Shown: one piece after another, positions 36,588 through 46,863 of the stretch
Numbering within the stretch: the stretch's first letter is position 1
Layout: the number at the start of each line of letters is the position of its first letter
Source: Fimbriimonadia bacterium
GTDB taxonomy: Bacteria; Armatimonadota; Fimbriimonadia; Fimbriimonadales; JABRVX01
Assembly (NCBI GenBank): GCA_041483895.1
Contig: JBGPGO010000002.1
Location: 1-64,000 of the forward strand
Length of the DNA: 64,000 nt
Direction of reading: 5' to 3'
Notes under the pieces: model-generated
The model's database searches: none
What the model was told of the DNA's origin: nothing
What the model saw: only the letters and a program-made list of their open reading frames with translations
Made by a program: the position numbers and the translations under genes

Positions 36588-38780
36588 TCACGAATCGCCG
36601 CGAATTGTACCGCTTTGGATTGCCGTCGGGTGGCCATCCGCGTATACACACCACTCGCTGCCTTCAATCTGTACGTCGATTCTTTGGCCGCGAATGCGTG
36701 CGTTTTCCAGCCGGACCCAGTCCAAATCGAACGGCAGCGGATCGATCGAGAGGCCGCCATCCGTTTGCGGTTGGAGGCCCGCCACATGCCGGATGATCAG
36801 GTCAACCACCCACGAGTGCTGATAGTCGTCCACCCCGCGATATTCGCACGCCTGGCCGGTAAACGGATTGTAGTGCTCGAAGCAGTTCGGCTTTTTCGGA
36901 TCGCCGTCGTAGAACATCATGTGGATGAATTTGCGAATGAAATCCGCGGCCGGCCGCCTGAGAGTTGCGTCGTGCCGGGCGGCGCCGACGAGGGCTTCCG
37001 CGATGTGGCTGTTGGTCATCGGCCAGACGCGGCCGTTCCACGGGCAGTTGGTCCGTTTCCCCTTCCATTCCGCTTGCGCGTTGAAATAGGGGTCGTCCAC
37101 GCTGGCGGCGGGAACGGGATAAGGGGTCCAGAATTCGTCTGGGTTGAGAAGATGTTTCTGGATTGACACGATGTGTTCTGAGGCGGCGAGATCGGAGCTG
37201 AACGGGTAGAAGCAAAGGGCAGATTTGAAGGGGCTTCGTCGCAGCGTCTTCGGGTCCACGTCGCAAAACATCTCCAGCACCGGGTCCCACATATACTCCC
37301 GCACCGCCCGCTTGGTTCTCTCCGCTTTTTGCTGCCAGTTTTCGTCGGGCGCGATGGCGGCAAGCGCTTTGAACAGTTCGTAGATATACAGCGTCGCATC
37401 GACACCCTTGAGGCAGATGCGTCCCCACTCATCGGCCTTGTCGTCCACAAATAAATATCGACTCATATACTCTTGACCTGTCTCTCCCTGATTCAGGACA
37501 TCATATAGTCCTATGCCGCCCATGTCTCGTCCGCGCTCGAAGTACGCCGCATATTTGGAAAGGGGATGATAGATCTGTTCTAAGAATTCCTTGCGGCCTG
37601 TGATAGCATATAGGTCCATCGCGTTGCGGCCCCAATCTGCGTGATAGAATCCGGGGCGATCGCGCACGGAATAGATGTGCCCTGGAATGAAACCGTTTTC
37701 GTGCTGACACGCCAATTCTCCCAGCAGGCATCCTTCCGCCAGGCTCGAATCATGCATCCAGGAAGTTTCGCGAATATGGCATTGGGCCGAATAGCTGATG
37801 TGTTCCCGAAAGGCACCGATGCCCTCGAAAACGCAAGGACATGGAAATGGGGGATGTTGCACGTCTACCGTCAAAAGCCGCAATCCATACCATCGGTACC
37901 AATAGTAACGCGTTATGTGTTCGTCGGAGCAATCGAAATAGGGGACTGAATCAAAGTATTCGCGCCACGCTCTTTCGCTTTGTGCGGCCACGTCTTGCGA
38001 TACGACATCCCTAGCGGCAGGGCGAGCTTTTTCCCGCGTAGTGTTTATTGCCGCAGCGAACGTGAACCTACACGGCTCATTCGGCTGAACCTCCAAGGAG
38101 TAATGCTGTGCGATATGAACCTGGCCCGTGGGGTTCCATCCGGCGTCCCACTTTTCATCGTTCGGCAGCAAACAACTCTTCCACTTTTCAATAAAGATTG
38201 ATGTTTGCCAATAAGGGGCGGGATCGCAGGGCTCGGCGAGATTTATCGTGTATGAATTCCGCGGCGCGCTGCCGGCCAAACTGACATACAGATCGATATC
38301 GCGATGGTGGTGGGCGTGATGAGCGAAGCAAATGTATTGGTCGCCGACTGATACGTGATTGATGGAAGTATATGGTTCTTCATTGGGCCTTTTCTTTTCC
38401 TGCAGCGACCAAGCCAGTATGTGCAGTTTCCGGGCTATTGGCGAGAAAAGACTGAGCGCGGAACAGAATGAGTGATTCTCCGTGACTACGCGTGTCTCCG
38501 TCATTTCCAAATCGCCGCACGTCCGACGCGTCACCAATCGATCGGGTCGCCAGTCGTGGCCGTGACACACCCACTCCAACGGCCTGCCATCCTCGTCGCA
38601 GACGAATATGTGAAACAGCCGCTCCAAGCGCAGGTCCGCATAGTAGCATTCGTCCCAAAATCCCGGCGCGTTCAGCCATTTTGGAAACTCCGGTGCATAC
38701 ATCGCGCCCTTGCCGCCGCCCAGATACCACTTGTCCGCGCGCCGCAGGTACTCCAGCGGGTCGATTCGAGGTCGGTCCAT
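36588..38780 (-). CDS. GH63/MGH1-like (alpha/alpha)6 glycoside hydrolase
   Basis: GETGQE, LLNPDEFWTPYPVP, WNGRVWPMTN, FEHYNPFTG; translationally coupled to the GH38 gene. Confidence 0.75.
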   Translation of the reverse strand: MDRPRIDPLEYLRRADKWYLGGGKGAMYAPEFPKWLNAPGFWDECYYADLRLERLFHIFVCDEDGRPLEWVCHGHDWRPDRLVTRRTCGDLEMTETRVVTENHSFCSALSLFSPIARKLHILAWSLQEKKRPNEEPYTSINHVSVGDQYICFAHHAHHHRDIDLYVSLAGSAPRNSYTINLAEPCDPAPYWQTSIFIEKWKSCLLPNDEKWDAGWNPTGQVHIAQHYSLEVQPNEPCRFTFAAAINTTREKARPAARDVVSQDVAAQSERAWREYFDSVPYFDCSDEHITRYYWYRWYGLRLLTVDVQHPPFPCPCVFEGIGAFREHISYSAQCHIRETSWMHDSSLAEGCLLGELACQHENGFIPGHIYSVRDRPGFYHADWGRNAMDLYAITGRKEFLEQIYHPLSKYAAYFERGRDMGGIGLYDVLNQGETGQEYMSRYLFVDDKADEWGRICLKGVDATLYIYELFKALAAIAPDENWQQKAERTKRAVREYMWDPVLEMFCDVDPKTLRRSPFKSALCFYPFSSDLAASEHIVSIQKHLLNPDEFWTPYPVPAASVDDPYFNAQAEWKGKRTNCPWNGRVWPMTNSHIAEALVGAARHDATLRRPAADFIRKFIHMMFYDGDPKKPNCFEHYNPFTGQACEYRGVDDYQHSWVVDLIIRHVAGLQPQTDGGLSIDPLPFDLDWVRLENARIRGQRIDVQIEGSEWCVYADGHPTAIQSGTIRGDS

Positions 38781-41700
38781 TAAGATAATTTTAGGGAGAT
38801 GATCTCGAACGGACGAATCTCAAGCTCGACCGCGCCATCACGAACCTGGAGCGCCTCTTGCTCCCGCTCCAAAAGGTCGCATCGCTGGCAGGTTGTAACC
38901 GCGAAACCGAACCGGATGACGGCTCTTCCGCGCGCATTGTGAGCCTCGTACATTCGGACGACGATGGCGTCCGAATCCTCCGCGCGCTTAAGCGCCTCCA
39001 GCACCAGCTTGGGCCCAAACGGCTCCGCTTCTGCGGCCACAAGCGCACGTTGACCGGCCGGGATGGAAGCGGTTAGACATCGAACGGGCGAGTTGAGATA
39101 GTTGGCGAGATCTACCACCGGCACCTCCAACTTTTCAATGTCCGGTTGCGCATGTCCGGCGGCGCCCAGCACGGAGTAGGCGGCGAGGGATGCCAGCGAC
39201 GGGCCGGTCGGCACCCATGCATTTCGGAATCCGCCGAGGTGTGGATAAAGCCAGTATGTGAAATGATGTGATCCCATGTCCGCCTCGGGATCCGGCGCCT
39301 TGGGGGATCGCAGCAGTGTGAGTCGCATGGTATCGCCAAGAATGTCATGACCATACTTGCAATCATTGATCAGCGCGGCACCCCATCCGCCTTCACTTAG
39401 GTCTACCCACTTGTGCGCGCAAACCTCAAACTTTCCGATATCCCATGATGTATTGAAGTGATTCGTGCGCCGCAAGTGACCGAACTGTATGTCATACGTG
39501 GCATGATCGGAGTTGACCCTGACCGGGAATGCCACTTTCAGCATCTTTCGCTCCTCGTACCAATCCACGTGCGTATCAAATTCGATGTAAGGACATCCGG
39601 CTGCCAGTCTCACGTGCTGCGTTATCTTGCTGCCATCCCCGACTTTTCTGGCAATTTGGAAGGCCGCCCGAACCGGCCCGCGCTCCACAATTTCTATCGA
39701 CTCCAACCCCGCGACCGGTGTCATGGTTTCACTGGCAAACACGTCGATGTCCCAAGCGTCCCAATCGTTGGGTGTGTCATCAAAAAACTGGAACTGATTG
39801 ACTGTGCGGCCTTCGCTAACTACTTCTTGGCCCGTCGCCTTCATCATCATCGATGCAATGTTGCCGGTATCGTCCAACATGACTTTCAAGTATTCATTTT
39901 CCAGCGAGCGATCCGTCGCAGAAACCGATGGCGCCACCCCGGCCTCGGATGACAGCTTTCCGTACGTGAAGCCAATGTCTATCTCCGGAGCGCGCACCAA
40001 CATCTTGCCATCTCCCAAATCTTGCGCGGGCGACGGGATCCCTTCTCCCCATGCGACGGATGCCGGAAGCTGGCCGGCATATTCCACCTCGCACACAGCC
40101 GGCACACCGGGATAGGCGAGAAAAGCGGTCACGTAATCTCCAGGCGATGAAGTCAGGACGCGATCGCGAAGGCCGTCCAGAATTTCATGAACGCGGGCGT
40201 AGTCTTTGTCGCTGTCGCGATAGACAATATTGACGCTGGAGCCGGGGATGATGTCGTGAAACTGGTTCAAAAGCACCAATTTCCACGCCTCGTCCAGCTC
40301 CGCGCGAGGGTATTCGCGCGCGGGAAGTTGGGTAGCGCACAGCATCTCCACCTCGCGCAATTTCAACTCGCATTTTCGGTTATGTCGCTTGTTTGCCGCC
40401 TGAGTCGTGTAGGTCCCGCGGTGACATTCCAGATACAGTTCGCCGGACCAAACAGGCAGGTCTCGCGCATCCTCTTTCGCCTTAATGAAAAAGTCTCGAA
40501 CGCATTCCAATTCCACTTTCGGCAGCCCTTCGATGTCGCGCATCCGCGCCGCATTCTCGATCATCTCAATGGTTGGTCCGCCGCCGCCATCGCCGTAACC
40601 ATACACATATAATGATCGATTGGCCCTGCCATGATCTTTGAAGTTCTTTACGCTGTACACCAACTGCTTAGGTGTCATGGATGCATTATAGTCATCAGCC
40701 GGAAGAAAATGCGAGAAAACCTCCGTCCCATCAATCCCTTTCCACAAAAACGTATGATGCGGAAATCGATTTATCATCGACCAAGATATCTTTTGCGTCA
40801 TGAAACTGTCAATCCCCGCTAGCTTCATGATCTGCGGCAGGCTGGCGGCATACCCGAACACGTCGGGCAGCCACATATCCGTCGTTTCGACCCCGAAATT
40901 CTCTAGGAAAAACCGTTTGCCGTATAAGAACTGCCGCACCAAACTCTCGCCGCTTGCCAGGTTGCAGTCGGCTTCCACCCACATGCTGCCGGTCGGCTCC
41001 CACTGGCCAGCCCGAGCACGTTCTTTTATGCGCTCAAACAGCGCCGGATAGCTCTCGCGCATCCAGTCATATTGCACCGCCTGGCTGCAAGCAAACTTAT
41101 ACTCTGGGTAGAGCTCCATATATCGCGTGGCGGTGGCGAAAGTATGAGCGCACTTCTTGCGTGTGATAGACAGCGGCCACAGCCATGCGGTATCGATATG
41201 TGCGTGTCCGATAGCGCTGATCAGGTGCGCGGAGGCGTTCACCGGTTGATTCCACTCATTGCGCAAAACGTCCGCGGCGGACTCATACCCATCACGTAAA
41301 CACACATTGATACTCTCATTCATCGCATACAGCAATCGCCCAAATCGCGGTTCGTCGCGCGGCAGTTGATGCAGCAGGCTGAGCGCCACTTTGAAATCAT
41401 AGGTGTAGGACCAGATGCGCGGGTCGGGCAAAAACAGAAACGCCTCACCCACCTCGCACGGTTCCGCGGGCGGCTCGGCGGGCTTTATGCGGTCGTGCAC
41501 GGTGGGGTTGGGCGCGTACGCCTCCGCGATCAGGTCGATCTCCGGCCCGGTCTCCAGGTGCAGATATCGGTGGTGCCGGTCCAGCCCCTCGCGCGGCGCG
41601 TTGTCCTTCCAAATCGTGGTCTCCGCGCCCAAGCCAATCACCGCCAAAACATTTTCCCGCTGCCAGTTGTCCGGCACGCGGCCCGTCACGCGAAACCAGG

Positions 41701-41899
41701 CTGTGGACCAGATCGGCCCCCAGCGGAACCCCTTCTCCACTTCCGTAAAGGTCGCCCGCCTCGCGCTCGCTTCATCTACGATGCCCGGATCGCGGCTGAC
41801 GGCCAACCGCAACGGCTCCTTGCCTTCGATTAGTGTGGCTTCCAGCTTTTCAACAAAACGGTCGAGCCGCTTCACGGTCTGGTCGGGGTGCTTGAGCAT
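38780..41899 (-). CDS. Alpha-mannosidase (GH38)
   Basis: GHAHIDTAWLW, WLPDVFGY, GDGGGGPT, NQFHDIIPGS. Confidence 0.93.
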   Translation of the reverse strand: MLKHPDQTVKRLDRFVEKLEATLIEGKEPLRLAVSRDPGIVDEASARRATFTEVEKGFRWGPIWSTAWFRVTGRVPDNWQRENVLAVIGLGAETTIWKDNAPREGLDRHHRYLHLETGPEIDLIAEAYAPNPTVHDRIKPAEPPAEPCEVGEAFLFLPDPRIWSYTYDFKVALSLLHQLPRDEPRFGRLLYAMNESINVCLRDGYESAADVLRNEWNQPVNASAHLISAIGHAHIDTAWLWPLSITRKKCAHTFATATRYMELYPEYKFACSQAVQYDWMRESYPALFERIKERARAGQWEPTGSMWVEADCNLASGESLVRQFLYGKRFFLENFGVETTDMWLPDVFGYAASLPQIMKLAGIDSFMTQKISWSMINRFPHHTFLWKGIDGTEVFSHFLPADDYNASMTPKQLVYSVKNFKDHGRANRSLYVYGYGDGGGGPTIEMIENAARMRDIEGLPKVELECVRDFFIKAKEDARDLPVWSGELYLECHRGTYTTQAANKRHNRKCELKLREVEMLCATQLPAREYPRAELDEAWKLVLLNQFHDIIPGSSVNIVYRDSDKDYARVHEILDGLRDRVLTSSPGDYVTAFLAYPGVPAVCEVEYAGQLPASVAWGEGIPSPAQDLGDGKMLVRAPEIDIGFTYGKLSSEAGVAPSVSATDRSLENEYLKVMLDDTGNIASMMMKATGQEVVSEGRTVNQFQFFDDTPNDWDAWDIDVFASETMTPVAGLESIEIVERGPVRAAFQIARKVGDGSKITQHVRLAAGCPYIEFDTHVDWYEERKMLKVAFPVRVNSDHATYDIQFGHLRRTNHFNTSWDIGKFEVCAHKWVDLSEGGWGAALINDCKYGHDILGDTMRLTLLRSPKAPDPEADMGSHHFTYWLYPHLGGFRNAWVPTGPSLASLAAYSVLGAAGHAQPDIEKLEVPVVDLANYLNSPVRCLTASIPAGQRALVAAEAEPFGPKLVLEALKRAEDSDAIVVRMYEAHNARGRAVIRFGFAVTTCQRCDLLEREQEALQVRDGAVELEIRPFEIISLKLS
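41859..41899 (-). repeat. Direct repeat copy A (first 41 nt of the mannosidase CDS)
   Basis: 38/41 identity with 43553-43593. Confidence 0.85.
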
Positions 41900-41925
41900 T
41901 GGAAAACTGTTTGACAGGGGGCGGT

Positions 41926-42888
41926 TCATCCCTGCAAAGAGTCAATATCGAATTTCAGGTTCGGATCCAGCATCATTTTGGCTAGCGTCATTCCGTCTAT
42001 GAGCAGGATTTGGAAGACGGTTTGGCACCGAGCGTACTCCCGCGCCGCTTGTGTAAATTTCGCGGTGGTGATAAAGACCCCTTTGGTGACACCTTCCCCG
42101 AATAGCGCGCCGACGAACGACTGGATTTCATCCCGTCCAACGCTGTTTCGTATCCACCGCTTGACCTGTATGCAAATTCTGTCGAGACCCAAGCGATCTT
42201 GCTTGATCAGGATATCGATGCCGCCATCTTTGGACATGTTCGTGAGCGTTGCGCCGCCCGGGTTGCAGTGACCGTACCCGAGGTTGATCATGAATTGCAT
42301 GACGATCGCTTCCAGCTTTTGCGGGGAAGATTCCTCCAGTTTTTTCAATAATGCGGCGGCCTGGAGTTCGAATTCAGACGGCGGTACCCAGCGGTTGCTT
42401 CTTATAATCGCGTGCGGATTGACCGCTTTCGGTCCCCTTGACATGAGCTCACGGCCGGCGTCGGTGATATTCCAATAGCCCTTGCGGGCATTGTCGATCA
42501 GGCCGGCACCTTTCAAGCGCGAAAGAGCCCAGTCGACGCGAGTCTGAAAGATCTTGCGATGTGGGGACATGCTTGCGGCGAGTTGGGCAGGGGTAAGTTT
42601 GAAATGCGAGGCAAGCGTTTTTGCTATGATTTTGGTTCTTACATCCGCGGACTTGGTGATGATTTTGAGGGCGGGCACATATATGGATTGCATGGTAGGC
42701 AGGGAATTGTGTGGGTCGTCCGCATAGACGGCATAACGCCGACCGATACGCGACCCTGTCTGGGGGGCAGGCAGGCGCGCGCGGCCGGTGGCAATGATTG
42801 TTTCGTCGTAGATCGAGCTGCGATTCGGTCGCTTAGGGGCCTTGCCGGCGCTCGTGTTGGTTCTCGGTTTCGTTTTGCTTGTTCTCAA
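41926..42888 (-). CDS. mrr: Mrr-like type IV restriction endonuclease
   Basis: TTG start after GGAGG; wHTH RVDWALSRLKGAGLI; DGGID...IQVKRW...GVFITT. Confidence 0.9.
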   Translation of the reverse strand: MRTSKTKPRTNTSAGKAPKRPNRSSIYDETIIATGRARLPAPQTGSRIGRRYAVYADDPHNSLPTMQSIYVPALKIITKSADVRTKIIAKTLASHFKLTPAQLAASMSPHRKIFQTRVDWALSRLKGAGLIDNARKGYWNITDAGRELMSRGPKAVNPHAIIRSNRWVPPSEFELQAAALLKKLEESSPQKLEAIVMQFMINLGYGHCNPGGATLTNMSKDGGIDILIKQDRLGLDRICIQVKRWIRNSVGRDEIQSFVGALFGEGVTKGVFITTAKFTQAAREYARCQTVFQILLIDGMTLAKMMLDPNLKFDIDSLQG

Positions 42889-43185
42889 ATATCCTCCCTT
42901 GCAAAGTCGCAAATGCCCCGGAGCGTGATTGGTTGCGGTGGGACAGACGGCGGCGGGTGTTCGATCGGGGTCACTATCCAGCAATTCGGGACAGCCTCCG
43001 TTGGCGCGGATCAGGCTCACCGTCGTACGGGGGCTTCCGCCCGACAAAAGATCAAATCCGTTCGGCTGCGTTCAGGACAAGCGCGGCCTGTTCGTTATTG
43101 AACAACTGCCTGATCAAGCAATGTGGGGAATGATACCCGATAGCGTAGACGCTTGTCAACCTGTTTTGGGGCTTTTGACCCACGG

Positions 43186-43243
43186 GTGTTGGGGTCTGGC
43201 GTGGTTGGCGCGTGTTTGGTTGCCGCAGACGAGGACCCCAACA
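43186..43243. repeat. REP-like palindrome
   Basis: TGTTGGGGTCTGG...GACGAGGACCCCAACA. Confidence 0.75.
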
Positions 43244-43301
43244 AATCGGAGAATCGTTCGACAGGCCAGCGCCGGTTCGGAGCGAGACGCCTAAGCATTC
43301 C

Positions 43302-43442
43302 TCATTCTTGTCTTCGCCGCGAATACAACCATCGAATCAAGATCGCGACAGCGAGGAAGGCGAGGACCCAGTCCTTGAAGTGGCTATTCGACCCCATATA
43401 GGACGCGATAAGGTTTGTCACGATGGGATCAATCGGAATCAC
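43302..43442 (-). CDS. Possible small membrane protein (46 aa)
   Basis: MIPIDPIVTNLIASYMGSNSHFKDWVLAFLAVAILIRWLYSRRRQE; TM helix followed by basic residues. Confidence 0.35.
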   Translation of the reverse strand: MIPIDPIVTNLIASYMGSNSHFKDWVLAFLAVAILIRWLYSRRRQE

Positions 43443-43489
43443 GTTGCTACTGACCCGCGTTTGCAAGGAGCTTGCTTGCTAGGACATTC

Positions 43490-43543
43490 TTGGGGTCTGG
43501 GGCGGTTGGCACACGTTGAGTTGCTGCGGACGAAGACCCCAAC
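43490..43543. repeat. REP-like palindrome
   Basis: TTGGGGTCTGG...GACGAAGACCCCAA. Confidence 0.75.
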
Positions 43544-43552
43544 CAGCGGAAT

Positions 43553-43593
43553 CGGTCGAACCGCTTGACGGTCTGGTCGGGGTGTTTGAGCAT
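43553..43593 (-). pseudogene. Orphan duplicate of the mannosidase 5' end (direct repeat copy B)
   Basis: Encodes MLKHPDQTVKRFDR versus MLKHPDQTVKRLDR, then runs into a REP element. Confidence 0.8.
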
Positions 43594-43682
43594 GGGTTCT
43601 TGTTTTGACGAATTGCTCCAAATCCCTGCCTCAACTTTTGAGAATGGATAATAAACCGCATCAGTTCCACTATAATAGTTGC

Positions 43683-45092
43683 ATGAAGTCAGATCTCGGT
43701 GCGATGGCAACCCGCGCATGGGTGGTTAGAGCTGCCGTGATTTCCACAGTTCTTGGGGTCGTGTCGTGCAAACCCGCACCACCGGTTGCCGGCGGTCCGA
43801 CTACGCATACCCAGGCATTGGCCAAAGTAACGCTCCTTGTCGACATGTCGCGTCAAGACGTCACGCAATTCAATGGACCAATTGCAAGTCCTGACGGACG
43901 GCACGTCGCTTTTACCCACGAAACGATGGGCGATTCCTATGTGTTGCTGGACAACAAGAAGGGGGCCGTTTACGACATGATCTGGGATGAGCCGACGTTC
44001 AGCCCGGACGGCAGCCACCTGGCATATTCGGCGTCTCGAGGGAAGAAATTCTCTGTTGTGGTTGATGGCGTTGAAGGTAAGTCCTACGAGGGGGTTGGCA
44101 GTCTTGCCTACAGTCCGGATGGCAAGCGCTTCGCTTACGTTGCGCAGCTCAGCCAAAAGAGTTGCGTTGTTGTAGATGGGGTGGAAGGTCCGAAGCTTCC
44201 TGGATTCGTTCTCCAGCCGACCTTCAGCGCCGATAGCAAAAGGCTAGCATATTTTGCTGAAGGTGGCGTCGGAGGCAGTCTCATCGTCGATGGCGTCCAG
44301 ATGCACGAGAACGACACATTCCATATGTGGAATCCCACTTTCAGCCCCGATGGAACGAGACTAGCGTACAAGTGTTCTATCGTGAAAGGAGGTATCCGGG
44401 CTGCCCTAAAGTCGGGGAAATTTCCGGAAGTAGTAGTTGTAGATGGTAAACCAGGCGAAGAGTATAAGAAGATAGGCGGACACGAAACCTGGCCGCCGAT
44501 GGCTGTCGCGCATTGGAGTGACAGTATGGATGGGCCGATTTTCAGCGTAGATAGCAAACACTATGCATACGTCGGGCGCCAAGAGCGTTTTGAAGTGATC
44601 GTGCGAGATGGTATTGAGGGTCCGCCTTACGATCAGGTATGGTCCCCGACCTTCGGCGATGGCGGCCGTTTCGGCTATGTTGCCGTGCGGAGCGGTAAGT
44701 GGTTCCCTGTCGTCGATGGCAAGGAGGGCCCGCGGACTGACGGGATTTCAATTTTCAAATTCAGTCCCGACGGCAAACACATCGCTTGGGTGGCGAAGGC
44801 GGCAAACCGAATCAGTCTGTATCTTGATGACGTGAGAGTGGCGACCGCAGATTCGATCACCGCGATGGCGTTCAGCCCGGATGGCAAGAGGATCGCATTT
44901 TGGTCGTTTGACGGGGATAGCGCCACGCTAAGTGTGATACAGGGAGCGAACCGATTGTATAAGAGTGGGCCATTTACTTTCCTAGCAATAGGAGGAGGAC
45001 CAAGTTTTGTCAGCAATGATAGGGCTGTCGCTGTTGCCGGATGGGATAATAAGGTTTTTCGGATCGATGTCACCCTCAATGGGAAACGCTAA
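43683..45092 (+). CDS. TolB/WD40-like beta-propeller lipoprotein
   Basis: Lipobox VVSC; repeated FSPDGxxxAY...VVVDGxEG. Confidence 0.8.
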   Translation: MKSDLGAMATRAWVVRAAVISTVLGVVSCKPAPPVAGGPTTHTQALAKVTLLVDMSRQDVTQFNGPIASPDGRHVAFTHETMGDSYVLLDNKKGAVYDMIWDEPTFSPDGSHLAYSASRGKKFSVVVDGVEGKSYEGVGSLAYSPDGKRFAYVAQLSQKSCVVVDGVEGPKLPGFVLQPTFSADSKRLAYFAEGGVGGSLIVDGVQMHENDTFHMWNPTFSPDGTRLAYKCSIVKGGIRAALKSGKFPEVVVVDGKPGEEYKKIGGHETWPPMAVAHWSDSMDGPIFSVDSKHYAYVGRQERFEVIVRDGIEGPPYDQVWSPTFGDGGRFGYVAVRSGKWFPVVDGKEGPRTDGISIFKFSPDGKHIAWVAKAANRISLYLDDVRVATADSITAMAFSPDGKRIAFWSFDGDSATLSVIQGANRLYKSGPFTFLAIGGGPSFVSNDRAVAVAGWDNKVFRIDVTLNGKR

Positions 45093-45136
45093 CGGCTCGG
45101 TAACGATCGGTAATCGGATCCCGTACTGTGCTTAGA

Positions 45137-46654
45137 ATGCGCATAACTTTACTAATTATTACTCTATTTGGCCTTGTGTTCTTATCGTGCGCGCCACAAC
45201 CGCACATCATCGCCGATCGTGTGAAATTCGCGCATGCTATGGCTCTGATTAAGGTGGGAGCGACAAAAGAACAGGTCCTGCAAATCCTTGGTACGCCTTC
45301 CGACATCGTAACTTCCCCCGCGCCGATCTCCTATGAGCACTGCGCGGCAAATGGTCGGGAGGCATGGTGCTACGGAACGGATCGCCATCTAGGATATCCA
45401 ACACTCGGATATGTGATTGTCTCCGTTGGAACAGCGGATGCAGTCTATGGCGGTACGGGTGATCCGCCCCGGAAGGACCTCTTTAAGGAGAACGAGCTTC
45501 GAGATCTTCTTCGATTTCTCAACGATCAATCTCGACAGCCATCAGATTCTCTTTCCATCATCCGGATCGTAAATCGGTTGCAGCCGCTTGGCATGGAAAA
45601 GGCGCTGGCAGCGGTACGTGAATACTATCGAATTGATCCTTTCTGGGGCAGTGCGAAGGATGAATTACCACTGATTGCATTGAGAATGCTTGTTGATATG
45701 CCCGGAGATTCACCAACGAATGACCACAAACCCTCTGTCCGATATCTGTATGAATCCCTCAAAGAGGTGCCGATTGCTGTGATGGCTGATGTGCCGATCG
45801 TGCTTGGCCGATGGGACGAGCGTTATGTTCATCCGAACAACGAGCCCGACACGCCAGACCCCGCAGCCGTAATTGCGGAATTCGCGTTGAAAGGCCGGAT
45901 GGGTAACAGACTGTTGGTGCCCACTAACAGTCCGTTTACGGAATACGACAAAGTACGCAAGACGTACGGAGAAGTGTTTGGTGTAGATTGGGAGGATAGG
46001 TCGCGACGATGGCACATCAAGCGTACGCAGTTGGAAGCAGATACTTCACGGACAATCATTGACGAACTTCTGGCGTTGACCTATTCCGTGTTCCACCCAG
46101 ACATCGAATATGGCGACGGAACTGAATTGACACCGTCCGTCGCCAAAAAGAATGCGCGGCTATTACGGGACGGTAGTGCGCTAAAACTGACTTGGAGTCC
46201 TCTGGGGCAGCAGTATACCTTCCTCGATGGTTCGACGTTGCCAATTGAGAAGTTTGGGGAGTATCAGCCGGTTCGATGGACTCCCGCGATAGTGGGTGAT
46301 ATCCACGGGTCAATAGATATCGAGCGGTTCTCGCCAGATAGGGCGCAAATTCGCTTTGGCAGCAATAACTCAGATGGCTGGTTTACGCCGGCGTACGTGC
46401 GGATTTATTGTGCCAATGCCCCGGCCACGACTGTTGCCGAAGCCTTCTTGCCTTCAGGATTCAAACTGAATGATGCCGAAAAGGCTTTGTTGCGAACGGG
46501 AGCACCTATTGCCTCGCGACATTGCGATGCACAATCAGGCGGTGGGGGTGCGACGGTCTTCTTGCCGAGAGGAAAACAGCTCATTATCGAGGTCATACGG
46601 AATCACAAGGTTGTGCGGTCGAAGCCCCTCCTCACGGATACTCCAGCATACTAG
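45137..46654 (+). CDS. Hypothetical lipoprotein with SmpA/OmlA-like N-terminal domain
   Basis: Lipobox FLSC; IKVGATKEQVLQILGTP...WCY. Confidence 0.65.
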   Translation: MRITLLIITLFGLVFLSCAPQPHIIADRVKFAHAMALIKVGATKEQVLQILGTPSDIVTSPAPISYEHCAANGREAWCYGTDRHLGYPTLGYVIVSVGTADAVYGGTGDPPRKDLFKENELRDLLRFLNDQSRQPSDSLSIIRIVNRLQPLGMEKALAAVREYYRIDPFWGSAKDELPLIALRMLVDMPGDSPTNDHKPSVRYLYESLKEVPIAVMADVPIVLGRWDERYVHPNNEPDTPDPAAVIAEFALKGRMGNRLLVPTNSPFTEYDKVRKTYGEVFGVDWEDRSRRWHIKRTQLEADTSRTIIDELLALTYSVFHPDIEYGDGTELTPSVAKKNARLLRDGSALKLTWSPLGQQYTFLDGSTLPIEKFGEYQPVRWTPAIVGDIHGSIDIERFSPDRAQIRFGSNNSDGWFTPAYVRIYCANAPATTVAEAFLPSGFKLNDAEKALLRTGAPIASRHCDAQSGGGGATVFLPRGKQLIIEVIRNHKVVRSKPLLTDTPAY

Positions 46655-46714
46655 TGCTGGGGTCTGGGGTTGGTCGGCACTCGGTCAATTGCGGCAGGCG
46701 AGGACGCCCAACAC
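46654..46714. repeat. REP-like palindrome
   Basis: GTGCTGGGGTCTGG...GCGAGGACGCCCAACAC. Confidence 0.7.
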
Positions 46715-46726
46715 ATCGAATCGGAG

Positions 46727-46840
46727 CTTGTCATTCCGAGCTTGTCGAGGAATCCCTTTCAGGACTCTTTGCGTGTCGCCAACGTTTTCAGATCGCGAAA
46801 ACTCTTGAAAGGGATTCCTCGACAAGCTCGGAATGACAAG
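46727..46840. repeat. Long inverted-repeat element, copy 2
   Basis: 35-bp perfect arms with the same core as 31351-31457 but a different loop. Confidence 0.9.
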
Positions 46841-46863
46841 AAGTCCCCAGGTCCCTACCACGA

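Noticed and set aside
43401..43428. GGACGCGATAA-GGTTTG-TCACGATGGG as another dif-like site
   Set aside because: The right arm is off-register by one base and poorly matched; probably chance.
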